From positions 62,001-126,000 of the forward strand of contig CDRNST010000083.1 in assembly GCA_977016875.1 (NCBI GenBank): DNA of 64,000 nt. Direction: 5' to 3'. A program made the position numbers and the translations under genes. Below are positions 1-10,085 of this stretch, piece after piece. The stretch comes from Pavona decussata. Taxonomy: Eukaryota. The notes beneath the pieces were generated by a model. The model had not been told where the DNA came from. It saw nothing but the letters and a program-made list of their open reading frames with translations, and made no database searches. Numbering within the stretch: the stretch's first letter is position 1; each line of letters opens with the position of its first letter.

Positions 1-22
1 TTATTATTTATTATTATTATTC

Positions 23-63
<41 letters not shown>

Positions 64-80
64 ATTATTATTATTACTAC
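1..80. repeat. (TTA)n microsatellite
   Basis: Near-pure TTA run immediately 5' of the CRE-like element. Confidence 0.95.
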
Positions 81-1436
81 TAGAACCTCTAGAACGCGCC
101 ATTGCCGATGTCTTAATACCGTCGATAACGGACCATCATTGCACAACGCCGAGCGAGAGGGACCTCTTGGCACTGCCAGTTAGACTGGGGGGGCTTGGAA
201 TTATAAATCCAAGCCAGGACGCAGATCTACAGTACCAAGCGTCAATGAAGACCACAGCGCCACTAGTCAAGAAAATTGTTTCACAAGCTCATGAAACACC
301 AGAGGATGCCATTGTTAGTTCACTACAGCAGAGTGTGCGAAGAGAGAAAAACGAAATGTTTCGAACAAGACTGAATGACATCAAGAACTCTCTTACTCCC
401 AAGACACAACGTGCTGTTGAACTCGCTTCTGAAAAAGGTGCATCTAACTGGCTGACAGTCATACCGATCGATGAGATGGGCTTCAGTCTGAACAAGGGCG
501 AGTTTCGAGACGCTCTAAAGCTCAGATATGACTGGGAAATTGCCGACAAGCCATCTATTTGCGTGTGTGGCGATGTCTTTAATGTTGATCATGCCATGGT
601 CTGCAGGCGTGGCGGCTTCATAATACAGCGCCATAATGAGCTAAGAGATCTTGAGGCAGACATGCTCGGCATGGTCTGCAATGATGTCGAGATTGAGCCC
701 GTCCTCCAGGAACTCACGGGAGAGTCGCTTCCAAGCGGAGCTAACAGAGCTCCCAACGCTCGCCTAGACATCCATGCCAGAGGTTTTTGGGAAAGACAAA
801 GGTCAGCGTTCTTTGATGTACGGGTATGTTACCCCAACGCTGATTCTTATAGAGACCTGGACCTCAAGCAGATATACAAGCAGCACGAGAACGACAAGAA
901 GAGATTGTATACGCAAAGAGTGATGGACGTGGAACAGGGAACATTTACACCATTAGTCTTTACAACAACAGGCGGCATGGGAGAGGAGTGCAAGAGATAC
1001 CATGACAGGCTGGCAGAGCTAGTCGCAGCGAAGAAAGGAGAGAACTATGCCACCACTGTCTCTTGGATACGTTCTAAAGTATCCTTTGCAATCCTTAGGT
1101 CCACTTTACTCTGTCTAAGAGGGTCAAGAACAGTTAGAAGAGTAATTGGAAGCAACGTTCGAGACGCAGACTTCGAATTAGATAGATGCCTCGCCAAAAT
1201 CTAGGTTCTATGATTTTTATACATACTTTTTCTTGTTTCTTTTTTTTATGATATAGTTTGATGGGTTTTTTTTTTAGGTAAAAATCAATGAATAATAATA
1301 ATATTGTTGTAATTCGATGAGATTTTTTTCCCCTTTTCTTCCAAAAAAAAAAAAAGCTTAAAAATAGTATTTTTTTTATCGAAAAGAATTGTAAATAAGT
1401 TTTAATAGCTACTTTTAACCTGTAAATAACATTTTA
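81..1436 (+). mobile_element. 5'-truncated CRE-like non-LTR retrotransposon (RT thumb, CCHC zinc knuckle, restriction-like endonuclease, 3' UTR), copy 1
   Basis: ORF 167-1204: [10 protein letters not shown] thumb motif, CxCG..DHAMVC..RHNELRD knuckle, RLDI..RGFW..FFDVRV and HExxKKRxY RLE motifs; AT-rich 3' UTR runs into an N gap; RT core is absent. Confidence 0.8.
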
Positions 1437-2056
1437 NNNNNNNNNNNNNNNNNNNNNNNNNNNNNNNNNNNNNNNNNNNNNNNNNNNNNNNNNNNNNNNN
1501 NNNNNNNNNNNNNNNNNNNNNNNNNNNNNNNNNNNNNNNNNNNNNNNNNNNNNNNNNNNNNNNNNNNNNNNNNNNNNNNNNNNNNNNNNNNNNNNNNNNN
1601 NNNNNNNNNNNNNNNNNNNNNNNNNNNNNNNNNNNNNNNNNNNNNNNNNTTCTGGATCCCCAGAAATCCTAAAATATGATTGGGCGGCCAGCCGTAGCCA
1701 ATCGATGCAACGACCAAAGTCCTTAGAATTAAAATCCTTACTCCTAATCATAAAGTTCCTGGTAATTAAATTCTAAAACTATTTACTATCCATAAAATCC
1801 TCAATCTAAATACTAATTTTTTTTTTTTAATAATGATAACTTTATTATTTACACGAATAAAATCTACTAGATACAGTTTGATTCTATTAAAACCTGAGTG
1901 ATTTTACAGTTTGCTGTCATAAAATTGTAAAATATTAACATCTCATATATAAAAGCTAATTCATATGGGTTTGGTTCAGAAGATAAAAGAACAATTTCCA
2001 ATGATGCAATAAAAATATAATAAGAATATTCTAAATAAATGCCCAGTCATAGTAGT

Positions 2057-2059
<3 letters not shown>

Positions 2060-2142
<83 letters not shown>
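2060..2142. repeat. (TTA)n microsatellite
   Basis: Pure TTA run just before the LTR copy. Confidence 0.95.
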
Positions 2143-2144
<2 letters not shown>

Positions 2145-2154
2145 TAAATATATA

Positions 2155-3350
2155 TGTAGCCACGAGATTAAAATTATTTTTTTTCCTATTGTTTTGTTAT
2201 CAATTCAAATATAACATCACGTTTTAGTTTACCTTTTGGAATTTAGTTTATATGCGTATTTTTTCTAGCAAGTTAGTTTCTCGGCGTCGCGTTACGTAAT
2301 CGTTTATTGTTTAGTTTGTAACTTCGTTAGGCCTATTCTTTTCGTTTCAAATTAGTATAAAAGTTTTGTATTCCGCCCTTGTTAGCAGTTGTTGTTTTAT
2401 CCCGAGTTGCCGTACAGATCTTGTAGGTGGTTATATTTTCGCTTGTGAATTTTTGGTTTCATTTCTTGTTCGATTGTTGTACTTTCACTTTTTCTGTTCG
2501 CGTTTATTAATTCTGTATTTTTCTTTTGTTACATTTGTTCTAGTGAAACGCGTTAAAGTATTAAAGTGTGCATTCGAAACTGTACTTGGAGTGTCCATCA
2601 CATGCATTCAAAGATCTGGTGAATGCCATGTTGTCCGGATCCGAAAGGCAAAGAAGACGCCAAGTCCATTCAGAAGAAGCCATCGATAGTTTACGACTGA
2701 AGAATTCGAGATCAGGGTATTTGTCGAGAGTCACAGCGCTGTGCCGAGCCAATGAAGTTCTTCTGAATGACGTTAAAAATGTTGATGAAGTCTCGGAGAA
2801 ACTACTGGAAATTAATGAAGCTTTCGCTCGCTTCGAAAGGGCCCACTACGACTACATCGCTACCTTGGCAGTTGACCCAGAAGTGTGGGAAAGCGAAGCC
2901 CGTTATTTTAGGGAACATTGCCACCGAAAAATAAATTTTGAATCGAGAATTGAGCGATGGATACAAAGCGCAACAGCAACCGCTTAGACACACGAAAACG
3001 ACGATTTGCCTTCTGAAGATTCCTTGAGCATCGCGAGTGGTGACAATTCACACTTATCCATCAGACAGCTAAGAGCCAAGCAAGCACTAGCGCATTTAAA
3101 GTTAAATCAGTTGAAACAAAAGCAAGAGTTATTACGCCGAGAAGAGGAGACGAAATTAAAGGTCGGAGGTCCTGGAAGCTCAGTATGAAGTTCAAAGGAC
3201 TGATCTTTAAGTAAAGTTGCTGCAAGATGAGGAGCCCATTTACTCTAACCTTTTGAACGCTTTCGAAGAACCGAATCCGTTTAATGGTGAAGTCGCAATT
3301 CCATCAAGGCAGGATGATTCTGAACTTCGGACCCAACAGAAAATTGGTTC
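2155..3350 (+). mobile_element. Duplicate of the BEL/Pao 5' LTR and gag N-terminus (partial)
   Basis: Starts TGTAGCCACGAG like the LTRs at 6013 and 13131; nearly identical to 6013-7210 including the same premature stop; ends at an N gap. Confidence 0.85.
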
Positions 3351-3514
3351 TCTCTTATNNNNNNNNNNNNNNNNNNNNNNNNNNNNNNNNNNNNNNNNNN
3401 NNNNNNNNNNNNNNNNNNNNNNNNNNNNNNNNNNNNNNNNNNNNNNNNNNNNNNNNNNNNNNNNNNNNNNNNNNNNNNNNNNNNNNNNNNNNNNNNNNNN
3501 NNNNNNNNNNNNNN

Positions 3515-3846
3515 CTTAATAGTTTTTTCCACTTTTAACTTGTAAATAGCAATTTGCTTGGAATATGTTAATAAAGGGATTTTTAAAAAATATTATTATT
3601 AATATTATTATTATTATCATTATCATTTTAATTTTTATAATTTTTATTTATCATATTTTTTAGTCATTATACGATCATATGATTTTTTATTAAAAATAAG
3701 AATATTGTATTTTTATGACGTTTGTTTTTCCTTTAAGAAAATGTGCTTTAAAATAGTCTCTTTTATGAAATGTTAATAGGTTTTAATAATTTTTTTCTAC
3801 TTTTAACTTGTAAATAGAAATTTGCTTGGAAATGTTAATAAAGAGA
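3515..3846 (+). mobile_element. Two short 3'-terminal fragments of CRE-like elements, each followed by (TTA)n
   Basis: Motif ACTTTTAACTTGTAAATAG(C/A)AATTTGCTTGGAA..TTAATAAAG at ~3530-3576 and ~3799-3844 matches the 3' UTR ends at ~1410-1436 and ~14905-14943. Confidence 0.65.
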
Positions 3847-4131
3847 TTATTATTATTAATTATTATTATTATTATTGTTATTAATTGTTATTATTACTAG
3901 TAATAATCGTAGATTAGAGCGTGCGTTCGATGTCACCAGGCCCTTTGTCCTCCCAGGCCAATATCGATCCCACGCTCTCTCTTTGTGATGTCATTCGCTC
4001 CTGCAAAAAAATCTGCGGAGGATGCCAGATGTGCGTCCTAATATTTATCGACCCATCGACGACAAGTCCCATAAAATCTCGACTGAAATCCGTATTAGGA
4101 AGCGTTCTTCCTACGTCGACCGCAATTATTA

Positions 4132-4166
<35 letters not shown>

Positions 4167-4169
4167 TAC

Positions 4170-5400
4170 TAGAACCTCTAGAACGCGCCATTGCCGATGT
4201 CTTAATACCGTCGATAACGGACCATCATTGCACAACGCCGAGCGAGAGGGACCTCTTGGCACTGCCAGTTAGACTGGGGGGGCTTGGAATTATAAATCCA
4301 AGCCAGGACGCAGATCTACAGTACCAAGCGTCAATGAAGACCACAGCGCCACTAGTCAAGAAAATTGTCTCACAAGCTCATGAAACACCAGAGGATGCCA
4401 TTGTTAGTTCACTACAGCAGAGTGTGCGAAGAGAGAAAAACGAAATGTTTCGAACAAGACTGAATGACATCAAGAACTCTCTTACTCCCAAGACACAACG
4501 TGCTGTTGAACTCGCTTCTGAAAAAGGTGCATCTAACTGGCTGACAGTCATACCGATCGATGAGATGGGCTTCAGTCTGAACAAGGGCGAGTTTCGAGAC
4601 GCTCTAAAGCTCAGATATGACTGGGAAATTGCCGACAAGCCATCTATTTGCGTGTGTGGCGATGTCTTTAATGTTGATCATGCCATGGTCTGCAGGCGTG
4701 GCGGCTTCATAATACAGCGCCATAATGAGCTAAGAGATCTTGAGGCAGACATGCTCGGCATGGTCTGCAATGATGTCGAGATTGAGCCCGTCCTCCAGGA
4801 ACTCACGGGAGAGTCGCTTCCAAGCGGAGCTAACAGAGCTCCCAACGCTCGCCTAGACATCCATGCCAGAGGTTTTTGGGAAAGACAAAGGTCAGCGTTC
4901 TTTGATGTACGGGTATGTTACCCCAACGCTGATTCTTATAGAGACCTGGACCTCAAGCAGATATACAAGCAGCACGAGAACGACAAGAAGAGATTGTATA
5001 CGCAAAGAGTGATGGACGTGGAACAGGGAACATTTACACCATTAGTCTTTACAACAACAGGCGGCATGGGAGAGGAGTGCAAGAGATACCATGACAGGCT
5101 GGCAGAGCTAGTCGCAGCGAAGAAAGGAGAGAACTATGCCACCACTGTCTCTTGGATACGTTCTAAAGTATCCTTTGCAATCCTTAGGTCCACTTTACTC
5201 TGTCTAAGAGGGTCAAGAACAGTTAGAAGAGTAATTGGAAGCAACGTTCGAGACGCAGACTTCGAATTAGATAGATGCCTCGCCAAAATCTAGGTTCTAT
5301 GATTTTTATACATACTTTTTCTTGTTTCTTTTTTTTATGATATAGTTTGATGGGTTTTTTTTAGGTAAAAATCAATGAATAATAATAATATTGTTGTAAT
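4170..5400 (+). mobile_element. 5'-truncated CRE-like non-LTR retrotransposon, copy 2
   Basis: Protein identical to copy 1 (ORF ends 5293); flanked on both sides by (TTA)n. Confidence 0.8.
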
Positions 5401-5412
5401 TATTATTATTAA

Positions 5413-5475
<63 letters not shown>

Positions 5476-5499
5476 CATTACTATTATTATTATTATTAT
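5398..5499. repeat. (TTA)n microsatellite
   Basis: TTA run directly after the CRE-like 3' UTR. Confidence 0.95.
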
Positions 5500-5920
5500 G
5501 GCAGTAAAAACTTCTGGATCCCCAGAAATCCTAAACAATGATTGGGCGGCCTGCCGTAGCCAATCGATGCAACGACCAAAGTCCTTAGAATTAAAATCCT
5601 TACTCCTAATCATAAAGTTCCTGGTAATTAAATTCTAAAACTATTTACTATCCATAAAATCCTCAATCTAAATACTAATTTTTTTTTTTAATAATGATAA
5701 CTTTATTATTTACACGAATAAAATCTACTAGATACAGTTTGATTCTATTAAAACCTGAGTGATTTTACAGTTTGCTGTCATAAAATTGTAAAATATTAAC
5801 ATCTCATATATAAAAGCTAATTCATATGGGTTTGGTTCAGAAGATAAAAGAACAATTTCCAATGATGCAATAAAAATATAATAAGAATATTCTAAATAAA
5901 TGCCCAGTCATAGTAGTAGT

Positions 5921-5922
<2 letters not shown>

Positions 5923-6000
<78 letters not shown>
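5923..6000. repeat. (TTA)n microsatellite
   Basis: TTA run directly before the BEL 5' LTR. Confidence 0.95.
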
Positions 6001-6002
<2 letters not shown>

Positions 6003-6012
6003 TAAATATATA

Positions 6013-6460
6013 TGTAGCCACGAGATTAAAATTATTTTTTTTCCTATTGTTTTGTTATCAATTCAAATATAACATCACGTTTTAGTTTACCTTTTGGAAT
6101 TTAGTTTATATGCGTATTTTTTCTAGCAAGTTAGTTTCTCGGCGTCGCGTTACGTAATCGTTTATTGTTTAGTTTGTAACTTCGTTAGGCCTATTCTTTT
6201 CGTTTCAAATTAGTATAAAAGTTTTGTATTCCGCCCTTGTAAGCAGTTGTTGTTTTATCCCGAGTTGCCGTACAGATCTTGTAAGTGGTTACATTTTCGC
6301 TTGTGAATTTTTGGTTTCATTTCTTGTTCGATTGTTGTACTTTCACTTTTTCTGTTCGCGTTTATTAATTCTGTATTTTTCTTTTGTTACATTTGTTCTA
6401 GTGAAACGCGTTAAAGTATTAAAGTGTGCATTCGAAACTGTACTTGGAGTGTCCATCACA
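6013..6460 (+). repeat. 5' LTR of the BEL/Pao element (3' boundary approximate)
   Basis: Aligns with 13131-13570; TG start, plausible CA end at ..CCATCACA. Confidence 0.8.
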
Positions 6461-7592
6461 TGCATTCAAAGATCTGGTGAATGCCATGTTGTCCGGATCC
6501 GAAAGGCAAAGAAGACGCCAAGTCCATTCAGAAGAAGCCATCGATAGTTTACGACTGAAGAATTCGAGATCAGGGTATTTGTCGAGAGTCACAGCGCTGT
6601 GCCGAGCCAATGAAGTTCTTCTGAATGACGTTAAAAATGTTGATGAAGTCTCGGAGAAACTACTGGAAATTAATGAAGCTTTCGCTCGCTTCGAAAGGGC
6701 CCACTACGACTACATCGCTACCTTGGCAGTTGACCCAGAAGTGTGGGAAAGCGAAGCCCGTTATTTTAGGGAACATTGCCACCGAAAAATAAATTTTGAA
6801 TCGAGAATTGAGCGATGGATACAAAGCGCAACAGCAACCGCTTAGACACACGAAAACGACGATTTGCCTTCTGAAGATTCCTTGAGCATCGCGAGTGGTG
6901 ACAATTCACACTTATCCATCAGACAGCTAAGAGCCAAGCAAGCACTAGCGCATTTAAAGTTAAATCAGTTGAAACAAAAGCAAGAGTTATTACGCCGAGA
7001 AGAGGAGACGAAATTAAAGGTCGGAGGTCCTGGAAGCTCAGTATGAAGTTCAAAGGACTGATCTTTAAGTAAAGTTGCTGCAAGATGAGGAGCCCATTTA
7101 CTCTAACCTTTTGAACGCTTTCGAAGAACCGAATCCGTTTAATGGTGAAGTCGCAATTCCATCAAGGCAGGATGATTCTGAACTTCGGACCCAACAGAAA
7201 ATTGGTTCTCAAGACGCTATATCACGCCTGAACCCCAACGCGCGGAAATTTAAAGGTTTACCAGTCGGGTCCAACGCAGCTTCCGCCTGGCCTGAAGTAG
7301 TTATGGGTAAGATGGCGTTAACCATAAAGCAGGGGTTTTCGTTGCCGAAGAAGGAGCTGACAATCTTCGATGGTGATCCTCTCCAGTACTGGAACTTTAT
7401 CAAATCATTTGAAAACCGCATTACAGCCAACGCATCTAGCGAAAGCGAGAAGCTCATGTATATCCTTTAGTACATATCGGGCGTAGCAAAGGACACGATC
7501 AAGTGTTGTTTAGTCACGGATTCCTCCCTGGGATACCAAGTGGCAAGAAAGTTACTTGAAGAACGATTTGGACATCCCTTCACAATTGCTTC

Positions 7593-7638
<46 letters not shown>

Positions 7639-7675
7639 ATATAGCGCTTATCCGCATGCGTTCTAAGCGCTTTAA
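7593..7675 (-). mobile_element. 3' tail of an L2/CR1-type LINE (or partner SINE) inserted antisense into gag
   Basis: Reverse complement reads AAAGCGCTTAGAACGCATGCGGATAAGCGCTATATAAGTG(TTA)n: stem-loop plus microsatellite tail typical of L2-clade 3' ends; interrupts gag after FGHPFTIAS. Confidence 0.65.
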
Positions 7676-9804
7676 AAAGTTACCAAGTTAACAGATGGGC
7701 CACCCTTAAAGCCATCGGGCCGTGCGGAATTGTTAGCATTTGCAGACCAGCTAAAGGATTGCGAACATACACTGGAATCTATCGGATATCTGGATGAAAT
7801 AAACAGCGCAGATAACCTGAGAAGAATTGTTCAAAGGCTGCCGCTTCATCTCCGAACAAAATTTATTAAAGTCGCGGATCAAATCCAGCAAACTGGTCAG
7901 AGAACAAACATCAGTCACATCGCAAAATTTGTCAAGGTGAAAGCGAGAGCTGCGAACAATCCGGTGTTCGGTTGTGTGGTAGATGTTGCGCGTGGCAAAC
8001 CAGATGACCAGAGGCAAAAGTCAAAGGCGAAGGGAGCTGCATCACCAAATGAACGTGTTACCACACTGAACACTCAAGAAACTGACCCAAGAGGAAGGCA
8101 GAGTGCGCATTACACCAAAGAATTTCCAGCCACCAGATATGCGATATGTCCAGCATGCAACGGACCTCATTCCTTGGTGAAATGCAAGAATTTCGTGGAC
8201 AAGAACTTCGAAGAACATCTACAAGTGATAAGAAAGGCTCGGTTATGCCTTAATTGCTTTAAGTGTGGTCACATCGCAGTGGGATGCCTAGCCAGGAGTA
8301 CATGTGAAGTTCAAGGATGCAAGAGACGACACCGTACCCTGCTTCACCCTCCGTTTCCACAGCACACGATGGAAAGCAGAGCTAGAGTAGCTGATCAAGG
8401 AACCCAAGTAGATAGTAGTACACCGTTACGAAGTGGACAAGCAAACAGTATCTCAGCAGGGAAAGAAAAGGTGTGCCTGAGGGTAGTCCCTGTTAAAGTG
8501 CGAAGGCATGATGCAAGCAAGACGGTGGAAACGTACTCCCTTATAGACAGTGGTTCAGATATATCCTTATGTGACAGGAATCTGGCAATGGAGCTAGGAG
8601 TATATGGCCACCAGAAAACATTCTTTCTGACGACACAAGAGAAAGAAGATAGCCCGAGAGTGGGTCATGAAATCAGCCTAACTGTAGAGCCACTTGACGG
8701 TACTGATAAAGTAGAGGTCAAAAGACTGTGGACTGTTGACAGGTTAAGCGCTTCGAGTCGAAGTATCCCGTCAGAACAAGATGCAAAGAGGTGGCCTCGT
8801 CTGCAAGACATCAATCTGCCAAGTATAAGCGAGAAAGAAGTCTGGTTAATCATTGGCACCAACGCTCCAGAGGTCTTCTGAGTATTAGAAGAAAGGCGTG
8901 GTGAGAGAGGAGAGCCGTATGCCATACGCACACCCCTTGGTTGGAAACTGATGGAACCAATGGAAAGATCCAAAGCCAAGAATGCCATGCAAACGTGAAC
9001 TTTGTACGTTCAGTGGAGGTCGCAAGAGAAGATGATTGTCTCATGCAACAAGTTGAAAGGTTCTGGGCAATAGAAAACTTTGGAGTGACTCCTGACTCTA
9101 AGCCGTGCATGTCCGTTGAGGATAAGAAGGCGATGGGGATCATGGAACAATCTGTGAAACTCGAAGGTGGTCGTTAACAAGTGGCACTTCCGTGGAAACA
9201 GTACCCACCATTCTTGCCATATAACAGACCCATGGCAGAACGAAGACTGGAAGCACTCAAGGAGAGGTTCCTACAAGATGGCGAACTGTTTAGAGACTAC
9301 AAGGCCACCATGGAACAATACTTTGTTAAGAATCATGCAAGAAGAGTACCACAAAATGAGCTTCATGCAGAAGATAAGCCGCTATGGTATCTGCCTCACC
9401 ACCCAGTGTTTAACGAGCCTGGCAAGACTAGAGTAGTCTTCGACTGTGCCGCAAAACACAGAGGAACATCCCTTAACGATCAGCTTCTTACTGGACCGTT
9501 TTTAACCAATTCCATCGTTGGCGTGTTGACTAGATTTCGTGAGGAACATGTCGCGTTATCTGCTGACGTAGAGTGTATGTTTCACCAGGTCAGAGTACCA
9601 CCAGCCGACCAAGACGCGTTCAGATTCCTCTGGTGGCCGGATGGCGATCTAAGCGAAGAACCAGTAGATCATCGTATGGAGGTCCATTTATTTGGTGCAA
9701 CGTCGTCGCCAAGTTGTTCCAACTTTGCTTTGAGAAGAACAGCAGATGACAACAAAGGTGAATTTACGGATGAAGTAGTGAAGACTGTCAAGAGAAACTT
9801 TTAT

Positions 9805-10085
9805 TATATAAACAACAGTGAAATACCAGGTGAGCTTTCGCGCGAAAACGTGATATCTTCACACGTGAAGATAACACGTTATTTTCACACGTGAAAATAA
9901 CACCGTTACTATGGTTACATAATAAATCGCGCCTTTCGCAGCGAAAATGAAATGGTTTGGTATTTCATTGGTGTTCATTCTCGTGTTGAAAGATATTTCA
10001 CTCGTTCGCTGCTCTCACTCGTAATATGTTTTTCAACACTCGAGGAGAAATTTCGTATCTCCGCGCGGCCATTTAATATCCTCTA
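9805..10085. mobile_element. ~280-bp palindromic non-autonomous element inserted in the RT YVDD motif
   Basis: AAC TTT TAT | insert | TTTAT GTT GAC GAC; TTTAT is repeated on both sides; internal inverted repeats. Confidence 0.75.

Noticed and set aside
1415-1751. ORFs spanning N runs (also 3217-3538, 12018-12288, 13366-13851, 60368-60666)
   Set aside because: Artefacts of assembly gaps
4022-4170. N-terminal extension of the 423-aa ORF with poly-Leu (signal or TM-like)
   Set aside because: Read-through of the (TTA)n microsatellite; the same applies to all poly-I/L/N/Y ORFs
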